Shown one piece after another: positions 43,620-51,636 of a stretch of 64,000 nucleotides of DNA; position 1 is the stretch's first letter, and the number at the start of each line of letters is the position of its first letter. Location of the stretch: contig CAVYQE010000002.1 of assembly GCA_963770565.1 (NCBI GenBank), forward strand, positions 384,001 through 448,000, read 5' to 3'. Source of the stretch: an uncultured Actinomycetota bacterium (GTDB lineage Bacteria; Actinomycetota; Actinomycetes; JAFAQI01). Made by a program: the position numbers and the translations under genes. The notes below the pieces were generated by a model. That model worked only from the letters and a program-made list of their open reading frames with translations. It did no database searches and was not told where the DNA came from.

Positions 43620-44395
43620 GCCGGGTCGGCGAGCCCGTGGTTGAGCATCCAGCTCAACACGGACAGCCCCTGGCTCACGGTCCAGTCGTCGACCGGCTTC
43701 GGCTTGTTGAGCGCGACCAGGCCTTCGGGCTCGAGGAACTTCACCAGCTCTCGCGGCGGCAGATGAGCCTGAACGTCAGGAGCAGCGTTGACGACAAACT
43801 GCTCACGGCCGTTGGCGCCGAGGAAGATCAGGTCATCGGCGTGATCGACGTCATATGTCAGCGGCTTATGCGTCAGCCAGTCGATGCTCGGCGGCTTCTC
43901 CTCCTTGACCCGCTGGTATTCCACCCGGAAGAAGTGCCAGAGCTTGGCGAGGTCGGCCGGCGATGCCGTCAGCAGGGTCCAGTTCGAGAGGGGCCCGCCG
44001 TACAGCTTCTGGTACGCCGTCAAGCGTGCCGGGGTGTCGCGCTGCGGGTCGACGGTGATCTCGAGCAGTGCGACCTTGCCGCCCTGACCATCCGCGTTGA
44101 TCGCCCGGGCCATCGCGGCGACGTTCGCGGAGATCAACGGGCAGATGTCAGTGCAAAGGGTCAGGAAGTCCGCGATCATCACCGCCTTCCCCTGGTACGC
44201 CGCGAGCGTCGTCGTCGAGCCGTCCGCCTCGGTGAGCGGGATGTCGCGGATCGCGGCCGGCACCGCGAAGTCGACGACGGTCCCGAGCGAGGGGGGCGGC
44301 GCCTTCACCGCGCCGCCGCCGCATCCGGCGAGGGCGCCGAGCGCCGCGATCGCCAGCGCCGCGACTCCCCCTCGCCGTCGGAGGATGTGCTGCAC
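43616..44395 (-). CDS. SCO1/SenC copper chaperone lipoprotein
   Basis: Lipobox LAGC; CTDIC (CxxxC), ITVDPQRDT, YDVDH. Confidence 0.92.
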   Translation of the reverse strand: MQHILRRRGGVAALAIAALGALAGCGGGAVKAPPPSLGTVVDFAVPAAIRDIPLTEADGSTTTLAAYQGKAVMIADFLTLCTDICPLISANVAAMARAINADGQGGKVALLEITVDPQRDTPARLTAYQKLYGGPLSNWTLLTASPADLAKLWHFFRVEYQRVKEEKPPSIDWLTHKPLTYDVDHADDLIFLGANGREQFVVNAAPDVQAHLPPRELVKFLEPEGLVALNKPKPVDDWTVSQGLSVLSWMLNHGLADPA

Positions 44396-44397
44396 CG

Positions 44398-45444
44398 TCA
44401 GTCCTCTCGGTCAGTTGGTTCGGAGCGGCCGCGCGAGTGGAGTCGGGACAGGTACTCGTTGTAGGCAGCCAGATGCTCGTCGTCGTCGATGGTCTGGCCG
44501 GGATGAGCGTGCGTCGCGATCGGCGCCGTGGCGCCCACCGACGCCACGTTGTCTCGAAGGGCTTGCGTCCTCGCACCTTCAAGCCAGTCGCCCATGCTGC
44601 CCGCAGCCTGCTTGTCCCGCAGGAACATGACGAATACGCAAAGAATAAGAACGAACATGATCGCGTCGCCGCCGACCCACATGATCGCGCCGCCCAGGTG
44701 CAGGTCGCTGACCAGGCCCGGCCCCCAGGTCCGCCCGGAGTCGGCATACGCCGGAAAGAGCTCGTGGTTGGCCTGAAGGAGGACGACACCGACGAACGTG
44801 TCGACCGGCATGCTCAGGGCAAGGAGGAGGAAGCGGGTCGGAAACGACATCTTCCACCGGATCGGCTCGGAGCCGAGCAACGGCAGGAAGTAGAGGTAAC
44901 CCGCCACGAGATACAGGACGTGCTCGGCGTTGTGCACGTTCTCGTGGTGGAGGGTGACGTTCATGAACCCGGTCAGATGGGTGCCGACGATCGTCGCTGC
45001 GTAGATGACGGCGGCAACGGGTGGGCAGGTCAGCGCGGTCACCACCCTGGACCGGATCACCGAAAGGGTCCAACGGTGAAGCGGGTTGCGCGATGCATGC
45101 AACAGCAGAGTCACCGGACGACCGACGACAAGCAGCGGCGGCGCCACCATGATCAGCAGCAGGTGCTGAACCATATGCACGCTGAACAGCAAGTCGTCGT
45201 ACGCGCCGACGCTGCTTTGGGTGGCGATGACGATCGCCAGCAGGCCGAGGTAGTAAGCAACCGAGCGCAGCACCGGCCACGGATTGGACGGGTGGCGGCG
45301 CCGCACCCGCCAGATGCCGATCGCGTACAGCGAAGCGAGTAGCCCGGTCGCAGCCGTCACCACGGGAGCGAACTGCCACTCGCTGAAGGCGGTATGCCCG
45401 GTCAGCGGCACACTCGGGTCGGCGAGCACCCACGCACCGTTCAC
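44398..45444 (-). CDS. Cytochrome c oxidase assembly protein (Caa3 CtaG family)
   Basis: FSVHMVQHLLLIMVAPPLL, EH.LYL..GYLYF, DLHLGGAIMW; C-terminal LAAYNEYL. Confidence 0.9.
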   Translation of the reverse strand: MNGAWVLADPSVPLTGHTAFSEWQFAPVVTAATGLLASLYAIGIWRVRRRHPSNPWPVLRSVAYYLGLLAIVIATQSSVGAYDDLLFSVHMVQHLLLIMVAPPLLVVGRPVTLLLHASRNPLHRWTLSVIRSRVVTALTCPPVAAVIYAATIVGTHLTGFMNVTLHHENVHNAEHVLYLVAGYLYFLPLLGSEPIRWKMSFPTRFLLLALSMPVDTFVGVVLLQANHELFPAYADSGRTWGPGLVSDLHLGGAIMWVGGDAIMFVLILCVFVMFLRDKQAAGSMGDWLEGARTQALRDNVASVGATAPIATHAHPGQTIDDDEHLAAYNEYLSRLHSRGRSEPTDRED

Positions 45445-45941
45445 GCGACTCGGTCCATCGAATTCGAGCCAGCCTCGGCGGAGTCAGCCACGGTGAGGAT
45501 GCCGACCGGCTCGGCGACCGACCTCGAGTGCCATAGCAGCACGAGCGCGCCGGCGAAGAAACTGGTCCCGACCACCAGCTCGAGCACAACTTGCCAGCCG
45601 AACGAACCGTGCGGGTGCGCGGACGTGACCAGCAGAGGAAGCGACACCAGCAACTGGACGACTCCCGACCCTGCGACCAAGGCAGCGGCCACGGCCCACT
45701 GACGCCGCGAACGGCGGCGCTCGATGTCCGCCACCGTCGCCCGCACGATCCGCTCGGTCAGCTCGTCAGGTGGCAGCGGGCCGCCGACCCGCGCCCGCCT
45801 GGTCACCCGTTCGCAGCGACTCGCCCAAGCCCGGCAGCCAGTGCAGCCGGCGAGATGCTCGCGGAGGTGCCCGGGCCACACCCCGGTCTCCTCGCCGTCG
45901 GCGGCAGCCGACACCGCAAGCCGTGCCTGCTCACATCTCAC
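45441..45941 (-). CDS. zf-HC2 (ZAS) membrane anti-sigma factor
   Basis: MRCEQAR.AVSA..DGE, HLAGCTGC (HxxxCxxC), two TM with an HPH loop; GTG at 45941. Confidence 0.85.
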   Translation of the reverse strand: MRCEQARLAVSAAADGEETGVWPGHLREHLAGCTGCRAWASRCERVTRRARVGGPLPPDELTERIVRATVADIERRRSRRQWAVAAALVAGSGVVQLLVSLPLLVTSAHPHGSFGWQVVLELVVGTSFFAGALVLLWHSRSVAEPVGILTVADSAEAGSNSMDRVA

Positions 45942-45950
45942 AATTCCATT

Positions 45951-45978
45951 AGTGCTTGGACGGACCGGAATAGTTCCC
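45951..45978 (-). promoter_or_regulatory. Putative SigC-type ECF promoter
   Basis: Minus strand GGGAAC-N17-GCACT, ending 9 nt before the anti-sigma GTG; mycobacterial SigC consensus is GGGAAC-N17-CGACT. Confidence 0.55.
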
Positions 45979-46049
45979 GGCCGGTCAATTCCCGATCCGC
46001 CATACACCCGCCGACGGACCCCGGCCGCGATGGCCGTACGGTTGACCGG

Positions 46050-46601
46050 GTGGGTGACAGCCTGGCCGGTGTAGCGGCAGCAGCCGGCCGTGGCAACCAA
46101 CAGGCATTCGCCGAACTGGTCGCCCGCACGCAGGCTCCAGTTTGGCGACTATGCGCCTACCTGGTCGACCGAGCGGCCGCCGACGATCTCACCCAAGAGA
46201 CCTATCTCCGGGCGTTCCGCGCGCTGCCGAGCTTCCGCGGCGACGCACAGGTCTCGACCTGGCTGCTCACGATCGCCCGCCGGACCTGCGCTGCCGAGCT
46301 CGACCGCCGTACGCGGGTGCGGGACATGCATCTGCTTACCGTGCCGCAGCGGTCGCTGGTGGCCGACCCGGCGCCGGTGGTGGACCTCAACCTGCTGATC
46401 CAAGACCTCGACCCGGACCGCCGGGCCGCCTTCGTGCTCACCCAGATCGTGGGTTGCGACTACGCCGAGGCCGCCGAGGTGTGCGGGTGCCCGCTCGGGA
46501 CGATCCGCTCGCGGGTCGCCCGCGCCCGCGCCGATCTAGTCGCGGCGCTCGACGGAGAGGTAGCGCCCGCCGGAGCCGTCCGCTCCCGGTCGACGCGATA
46601 G
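46050..46601 (+). CDS. ECF sigma factor, SigC-like
   Basis: VWRLCAYL, ADDLTQETYLRA, TWLLTIARR.CA, AFVLTQ, YAEAAEVCGCPLGTIRSRVARAR. Confidence 0.9.
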   Translation: MGDSLAGVAAAAGRGNQQAFAELVARTQAPVWRLCAYLVDRAAADDLTQETYLRAFRALPSFRGDAQVSTWLLTIARRTCAAELDRRTRVRDMHLLTVPQRSLVADPAPVVDLNLLIQDLDPDRRAAFVLTQIVGCDYAEAAEVCGCPLGTIRSRVARARADLVAALDGEVAPAGAVRSRSTR

Positions 46602-46661
46602 CGGTACGCCGCAGCAGGCTCGAGGCTCGGGGTTTGGAAACCGGACCGTTTCACGGCACAA

Positions 46662-46688
46662 TTAGCAGTCGAGGCACGCGAGTGCCAA
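46662..46688. promoter_or_regulatory. CIRCE element (HrcA operator)
   Basis: TTAGCAGTC-N9-GAGTGCCAA versus consensus TTAGCACTC-N9-GAGTGCTAA; 33 nt upstream of the FmdB gene. Confidence 0.8.
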
Positions 46689-46721
46689 CCCAGGATCGGG
46701 CCAGCCGTTCGAGGAGGCGAG

Positions 46722-47138
46722 ATGCCGACCTACGAGTACGCCTGCACGGAGTGCGGCGACCGTCTCGAGGCCGTCCAGAGCTTCAGCGACGACCCGCTGA
46801 CCGTCTGCCCGTCCTGCCAGGGCCGGTTGCGCAAGGTCTTCTCACCGGTCGGGGTGGTCTTCAAGGGATCGGGCTTCTACAAGAACGACAGCCGGTCCGG
46901 GAAGTCCAACGGGGCGTCCGCCGGCTCGTCGAGCGAGCCGAGCAAGGCAAACGGCGGCGACTCGTCGTCCACCAGCTCGGACTCCGGCGGGTCGGGGTCG
47001 GGCGGCTCGGACTCCGGCGGCTCGGGGTCCAGCGGGTCCGAGTCCACGAAGGGCACGTCAACCGAATCCGGCGGCGGCGCCAAGGCCGGCGCGTCGGGCA
47101 AGTCGGACTCGAAGGGTGGCGGCAGCAAGGTCGCTTAG
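46722..47138 (+). CDS. FmdB family zinc-ribbon protein (Rv0991c-like)
   Basis: MPTYEYACTEC..CPSC..VVFKGSGFY; S/G-rich tail. Confidence 0.93.
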   Translation: MPTYEYACTECGDRLEAVQSFSDDPLTVCPSCQGRLRKVFSPVGVVFKGSGFYKNDSRSGKSNGASAGSSSEPSKANGGDSSSTSSDSGGSGSGGSDSGGSGSSGSESTKGTSTESGGGAKAGASGKSDSKGGGSKVA

Positions 47139-47228
47139 CGCGATCCACACGTCGCCTCGCCACACCGCAGATCCACAGCCCTCCGCCCGAGCGCCGCGTT
47201 GCGCGGGCGGGCTTTCTAGCGTCGGCCG

Positions 47229-47897
47229 ATGCAGTGGAGTCGAACGGGCTCGAGCTGGGGTGCCTGGCATCGCCGGCTCGCGCTCCGGCGCCGCCTCGTG
47301 GTCGCGGTCCTGGCCGGCATTGCGGTGGTGTCCGGACTCAGCGCGGCCCGGCCCGCGCCGCCCCCGACCCGCTCGGTGTGGGTCGCGGCTCGCAACCTCC
47401 CGGGCGGCGAACCACTCGCGGGCGGCGACGTCAGGCTCGAGTCGATGCCGGCCGCCGACGTTCCGAGCGACGCGTGGCCGGCCACGACTTCGCTCACCGG
47501 CCGGCTGCTTGCCGCTCCGGTGCGGGCCGGCGAGCCGCTCACTGATGTACGAATCCTGTCGCCCGCACTTCTCGCGGCGACCGACCAAGCCGACGCCGTC
47601 GCCGTACCCGTGCGGGTGGCGGACGGCGCGGCCGCGCTCGCGCTGGTGCACGCCGGCGACCTGGTCGACGTCATCGCTGCACCCGAACCCGGCAGCGGCG
47701 AAGCGCCGCAGAGCTTCGTCGTCGTCCACGACGTTCGGGTGCTTGCGGTGCCTCCTCATGACGACGGAGCCGGCGACGCGGGATCGGGCGGCGGCGGCGG
47801 GCTGCTGATCGTCGCAGCGACCGAGCGCCAAGCCGCGGCGTTGGCCCACGCCGCTACCGGCGACGCATTGTCGATCGCGGTACGAAGGGGACCCTGA
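47229..47897 (+). CDS. SAF / RcpC-CpaB domain protein
   Basis: VWVAARNLPGG, GEPLTDVR, VPVR, GDLVDVI; synteny fmdB-SAF-mscL. Confidence 0.85.
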   Translation: MQWSRTGSSWGAWHRRLALRRRLVVAVLAGIAVVSGLSAARPAPPPTRSVWVAARNLPGGEPLAGGDVRLESMPAADVPSDAWPATTSLTGRLLAAPVRAGEPLTDVRILSPALLAATDQADAVAVPVRVADGAAALALVHAGDLVDVIAAPEPGSGEAPQSFVVVHDVRVLAVPPHDDGAGDAGSGGGGGLLIVAATERQAAALAHAATGDALSIAVRRGP

Positions 47898-48005
47898 CCG
47901 AGCCGCCGGCGGATCCACGCGACGTCGAGGGCACCGACCGGTCCCAGCCGAGTAGGGCAGACTGCTCCCTGCACATGACCCGATTCCCTGGACAAGGGGG
48001 CAGAA

Positions 48006-48404
48006 GTGTCCGGTTTCAAGAAGTTCCTGCTGCGCGGCAACGTCGTCGATCTGGCGATTGCGGTCGTCATCGGTGCCGCGTTCGGCACGGTCATTGCGGC
48101 CTTCACGAAGGACCTGCTCACGCCGATCATCTCGGCGATCGCGGGCAAGGCCAGCCTGACCACGCTGACCTTCACGATCCACCACTCGGTGTTCTTTTAC
48201 GGCGACTTCCTCAACGCGATTATCGCGTTCGTGATCCTCGCCGCGGTGGTCTACTTCTTCGTCGTCGTACCGGTCGGTGCCCTGCTCGACCGCTACAAGC
48301 CCGCACCGGACGAGCCGACCCCCACAACCGACTGCCCGCACTGCATGTCATCGATACCGGAGACAGCGAGCGTCTGCGCCTTCTGCACCCGCGACGTCGC
48401 CTGA
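48006..48404 (+). CDS. mscL: Large-conductance mechanosensitive channel with C-terminal CxxC-CxxC
   Basis: FKKFLLRGNVVDLAIAVVIGAAF, YGDFLNAII.F; tail CPHC...CAFC. Confidence 0.95.
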   Translation: MSGFKKFLLRGNVVDLAIAVVIGAAFGTVIAAFTKDLLTPIISAIAGKASLTTLTFTIHHSVFFYGDFLNAIIAFVILAAVVYFFVVVPVGALLDRYKPAPDEPTPTTDCPHCMSSIPETASVCAFCTRDVA

Positions 48405-48490
48405 CCGGCCGCAGCGCAGTTGATCATGGCGAAGCGAGCGAAGAATCACGCGAAAATGCCGCTCTTCGCCATGATCAACTACTCGGGGGT

Positions 48491-48673
48491 TCAAGGGGTG
48501 TCGTAGTGCGGGGGGCGGTCGTCGTCCGTGCCCCACTCGGCCGCACCGGCATCCTCGTCGATGTCGACGTCGCGATCGGCGTCGTCACCCCACCCGGTCC
48601 CGCGGTCGTCGACATCACCCCAGCCGACGTCGCTCTCCTCTGACATCGGATCCGGTGGCAGTGGTTCAGTCAT
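48491..48673 (-). CDS. Small acidic hypothetical protein (60 aa)
   Basis: MTEPLPP..GWGD..GWGD..EWG..RPPHY; 20 nt downstream of regX3. Confidence 0.6.
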   Translation of the reverse strand: MTEPLPPDPMSEESDVGWGDVDDRGTGWGDDADRDVDIDEDAGAAEWGTDDDRPPHYDTP

Positions 48674-48693
48674 CGATCCAAGCCTACGACCGA

Positions 48694-49377
48694 TCAGGGC
48701 TCGAACTTGTACCCGAGTCCGCGGACGGTCAGCAGGTGCCGCGGCGAGGACGGCGAGGGCTCGATCTTCGCGCGCAGCCGCTTGACGTGTACGTCGAGGG
48801 TCTTGGTGTCGCCGACGTAGTCGCTGCCCCAGATCCGGTCGATCAGCTGACCTCGGGTCAGCACCCGCCCGGCGTTGCGCAGCAGGAACTCGAGCAGCTC
48901 GAACTCCTTGAGCGGCATCGGCACGGTGTCGCTGTTGACGCTCACCACGTGGCGATCGACATCCATCCGCACCGGACCGGACTCCAGGACCGACGACACC
49001 ATCTCGTCGGGCTCGGTGCCACGGCGTCGCATGACCGCCCGGATCCGGGCGACCAGCTCGCGGGCCGAGAACGGCTTGGTGACGTAGTCGTCGGCGCCGA
49101 TCTCGAGCCCGACAACCTTGTCGACCTCCGCGTCCTTGGCGGTGAGCATGATGACCGGCACCTCGGAGCGCTGGCGCAGCTGCCGGCACACCTCCAGCCC
49201 GGACAGCCCCGGCAACATGAGGTCGAGCAGCACCAGATCGGCGCCGGCGCGATCGAACTCCTCGATGCCGTCCGGCCCGGTAGCCGCCATGGCGACCTCG
49301 AAGCCTTCCCGCCGAAGCATGTATCCGAGCGCGTCGGAGAACGACTCTTCGTCCTCCACGACCAGGATTCGGGTCAC
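48694..49377 (-). CDS. regX3: Phosphate response regulator RegX3/PhoP
   Basis: MTRILVVEDEESFSDAL, LPLKEFELLE-like motif, YVGDTKTLDVHVKRLR. Confidence 0.93.
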   Translation of the reverse strand: MTRILVVEDEESFSDALGYMLRREGFEVAMAATGPDGIEEFDRAGADLVLLDLMLPGLSGLEVCRQLRQRSEVPVIMLTAKDAEVDKVVGLEIGADDYVTKPFSARELVARIRAVMRRRGTEPDEMVSSVLESGPVRMDVDRHVVSVNSDTVPMPLKEFELLEFLLRNAGRVLTRGQLIDRIWGSDYVGDTKTLDVHVKRLRAKIEPSPSSPRHLLTVRGLGYKFEP

Positions 49378-50552
49378 GGGTTTGATGCCTCCTGTAGCAG
49401 TGCGGGGGTCGCAACCTGCGGTTGCGAGCCTGAGACGAGCCGGATGGTGAAGGTGCTGCCGTTACCGGGCCGGCTCCAGACGGTGACCTCACCGCCGTGG
49501 TTGCCGACCGTGTGCTTGACGATGGCGAGCCCGAGTCCGGTGCCACCGGTCGCGCGCGAGCGGGCCGGATCGATCCGGTAGAACCGCTCGAAGATCCGCT
49601 CCTGCTCGTCCTCGGGGATGCCGACGCCCTGATCGGTCACGGTGATCTCGACGACGTCGTCGCGCAAGCGGACGCCGAGCGCGACCCGGGTGCCGTCCGG
49701 GCTGTAGGCCACCGCGTTGTAGAGCAGGTTGGCCACGGCGGTGACCAGCTGGCCCTCCTCGCCGAGCACGACCAGCCCGTCGTCGCCACCGCGCACGATT
49801 GAGATCCCGCGCGCCTCGGCGGGCAGCCTGGCCCGGTCGACCGCTTCGTCGAGCACGGCATCGACCGAGACCTCGGTCGACGGCGGCAGCGGCTCGCCGC
49901 CCTGCAGCCTCGACAGGTCGAGCAGCTCCTGGACCAGCCGGGAGAGCCGCTGCGCCTCGTGCTGCATCCGACCCACGAAGCGCTGCACGGCCTCCGGGTC
50001 GTCGTGGGCATCGAGCGCGGCCTCGGCGAGCAGTTGCAGCGCGCCGACCGGTGTCTTGATCTCGTGCCCGACGTTGGCGACGAAGTCGCGTCGTACCGAC
50101 TCGACCCGCTTCGCTTCGGTGAGGTCGTCGACGACCAGAGCCACCTCGCCGCCGTCCAGGCGCTGGGCGCGAGCCCCAACCGAGACGGTACGACGGGGGA
50201 AGTCGTTGAAGTCCATCGAGAACTCGGCGGTCTGCGGCTTGCCGGTCCGCCGGGCGGCTTGGACCAGCCGGGAGAGCTCCGCCACGTCGAGCACCGAGTC
50301 GCGCACCACTCCGAGCTGAACCGCGGCGGGGTTTGCGAGCCGGACCGCGTCGTCGGCGTCCAGCAGGACTGCGGCCGTGGGAAGCAGCTCGAGCATGGTC
50401 TCGGCCGGCCCCCGGGCGGAGCGTGGGAGCGGCGGGCGCGGCGCGGGCAGCGGGGACTCCCCCGACACCGACCGGCGACGAGCCAGCGGCCGGATCATCA
50501 GAGCCAGGCCGACCCCCACCAGCAGTCCAACGATTGCTGCGACCACCGTCAC
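49374..50552 (-). CDS. senX3: Sensor kinase SenX3/PhoR
   Basis: RRDFVANVGHEIKTP, NAVAYS, ERFYRID.ARSRATGGTGLGL. Confidence 0.92.
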   Translation of the reverse strand: MTVVAAIVGLLVGVGLALMIRPLARRRSVSGESPLPAPRPPLPRSARGPAETMLELLPTAAVLLDADDAVRLANPAAVQLGVVRDSVLDVAELSRLVQAARRTGKPQTAEFSMDFNDFPRRTVSVGARAQRLDGGEVALVVDDLTEAKRVESVRRDFVANVGHEIKTPVGALQLLAEAALDAHDDPEAVQRFVGRMQHEAQRLSRLVQELLDLSRLQGGEPLPPSTEVSVDAVLDEAVDRARLPAEARGISIVRGGDDGLVVLGEEGQLVTAVANLLYNAVAYSPDGTRVALGVRLRDDVVEITVTDQGVGIPEDEQERIFERFYRIDPARSRATGGTGLGLAIVKHTVGNHGGEVTVWSRPGNGSTFTIRLVSGSQPQVATPALLQEASNP

Positions 50553-50646
50553 ATCTCGATGATAAGGAGCCTGAATGCCCGGTTCTTGCTCCCGAGCGAT
50601 CGCGGTAGGCCTGACCGAGTCAGCTTTCACAACCCCGCCCCCACCC

Positions 50647-50679
50647 GTTCATCCGCCCGTTGCTCGCCGTTCACCGCCG
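50647..50679 (+). promoter_or_regulatory. PHO boxes in the senX3/phoU divergent region
   Basis: GTTCATC at 50647 and GTTCACC at 50669 (22 nt apart), with a degenerate middle copy. Confidence 0.6.
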
Positions 50680-50735
50680 AGGCAGGACGGTGGGTAACCC
50701 GCACTAAGGTGGGTACGGCGAGGGCAGGAGGCACG

Positions 50736-51395
50736 GTGCGCGATCAGTATCACGAGGATCTCGAGGCCATCACGAGCTCGCTCGTCGACATCACCAGGTT
50801 GACCGGCAGCGCGATCAACCACGCCACCCAGGCGCTGCTCGACGCCGACCTGCAGGCGGCCGAGTCCGTGATCACCGGCGACCTCGCCATCGACGAGCTC
50901 TACGAGCGGATCGAGTCCAACGCGCTCGACCTGCTCGCCCGCCAGCAGCCGGTCGCGAGTGACCTCCGGGTGATCATCACCGGCCTCCGGATGGTGGCCG
51001 ACATCGAGCGGATGGGTGACTTGGCGCTGCACATCGCCAAGGTCGCCCGGCGGCGCTACCCGTCGAGCGCGATCCCGGCCGAGTTGCAGGCCACCGTGCT
51101 GGAGATGGGCCAGGTCGCCCAGCGGATCTGCGCGAAGTGCTCGAGCGTGATCGCCGGCCGCGACCTCACGATGGCCGCCGAGCTCGAACGCGACGACGAC
51201 GTCATGGACAACCTGCATCGGCGGCTGCTGGCCACCATCCTGGACGAGTCCTGGCAGGGCGGGATCGAGACCGCTATCGACGTGACATTGTGCGGGCGCT
51301 ACTACGAGCGGTTCTGTGATCACGCCGTGTCGGTGGCCCGCCGGGTCATCTTCCTGGTGACCGGCGAGCGGGCTCCGATGCCGGCCGAGGCCTAG
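50736..51395 (+). CDS. phoU: Phosphate signalling protein PhoU
   Basis: AGGAGG RBS; QQPVASDLR, DIERMGD, DDDVMD, GRYYERFCDHA. Confidence 0.95.
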   Translation: MRDQYHEDLEAITSSLVDITRLTGSAINHATQALLDADLQAAESVITGDLAIDELYERIESNALDLLARQQPVASDLRVIITGLRMVADIERMGDLALHIAKVARRRYPSSAIPAELQATVLEMGQVAQRICAKCSSVIAGRDLTMAAELERDDDVMDNLHRRLLATILDESWQGGIETAIDVTLCGRYYERFCDHAVSVARRVIFLVTGERAPMPAEA

Positions 51396-51440
51396 CCGGC
51401 GACACCCGCCGCACCGCGCGATCGGCCGCGTTGGGCCAAG

Positions 51441-51461
51441 TTATCCACAGGTTTATCCATA
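51441..51461 (+). promoter_or_regulatory. Pair of DnaA-box-like 9-mers
   Basis: TTATCCACA (51441-51449, perfect) and TTATCCATA (51453-51461). Confidence 0.6.
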
Positions 51462-51497
51462 GGGAACGAGCGCCAGTTTCCGATTCGGCCTGCGGGC

Positions 51498-51519
51498 GTT
51501 CACTCGTGGTTCATGTGAA
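51498..51519 (+). promoter_or_regulatory. PHO box upstream of pstS
   Basis: GTTCACTCGTG GTTCATGTGAA, 11-nt direct repeats. Confidence 0.75.
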
Positions 51520-51636
51520 GTCGGTCAAAGGGTTGAATCCCCTCCATAGCGTCGGCAGGGTCGGCGCGGGTAGTCCCGCCGGCCGCGGCACCGGCTCGGG
51601 CCCATCGAGCCAGATCGCATCGGAGGTTTTGTCGTC

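Noticed and set aside
46900-47135. Low-complexity GGCTCGGACTCCGGCGG repeats
   Set aside because: They encode the normal Ser/Gly disordered tail of FmdB-family proteins.
47142-47178. ATCCACA motifs after fmdB, and TGTGGATAT at 6248, as DnaA boxes
   Set aside because: Too degenerate or isolated to support a call.
47229-47897. CpaB-like gene as evidence for a Tad pilus locus
   Set aside because: No other tad genes are present; this is the conserved SAF gene between fmdB and mscL.
47898-48005. Riboswitch upstream of mscL
   Set aside because: No recognisable aptamer consensus.
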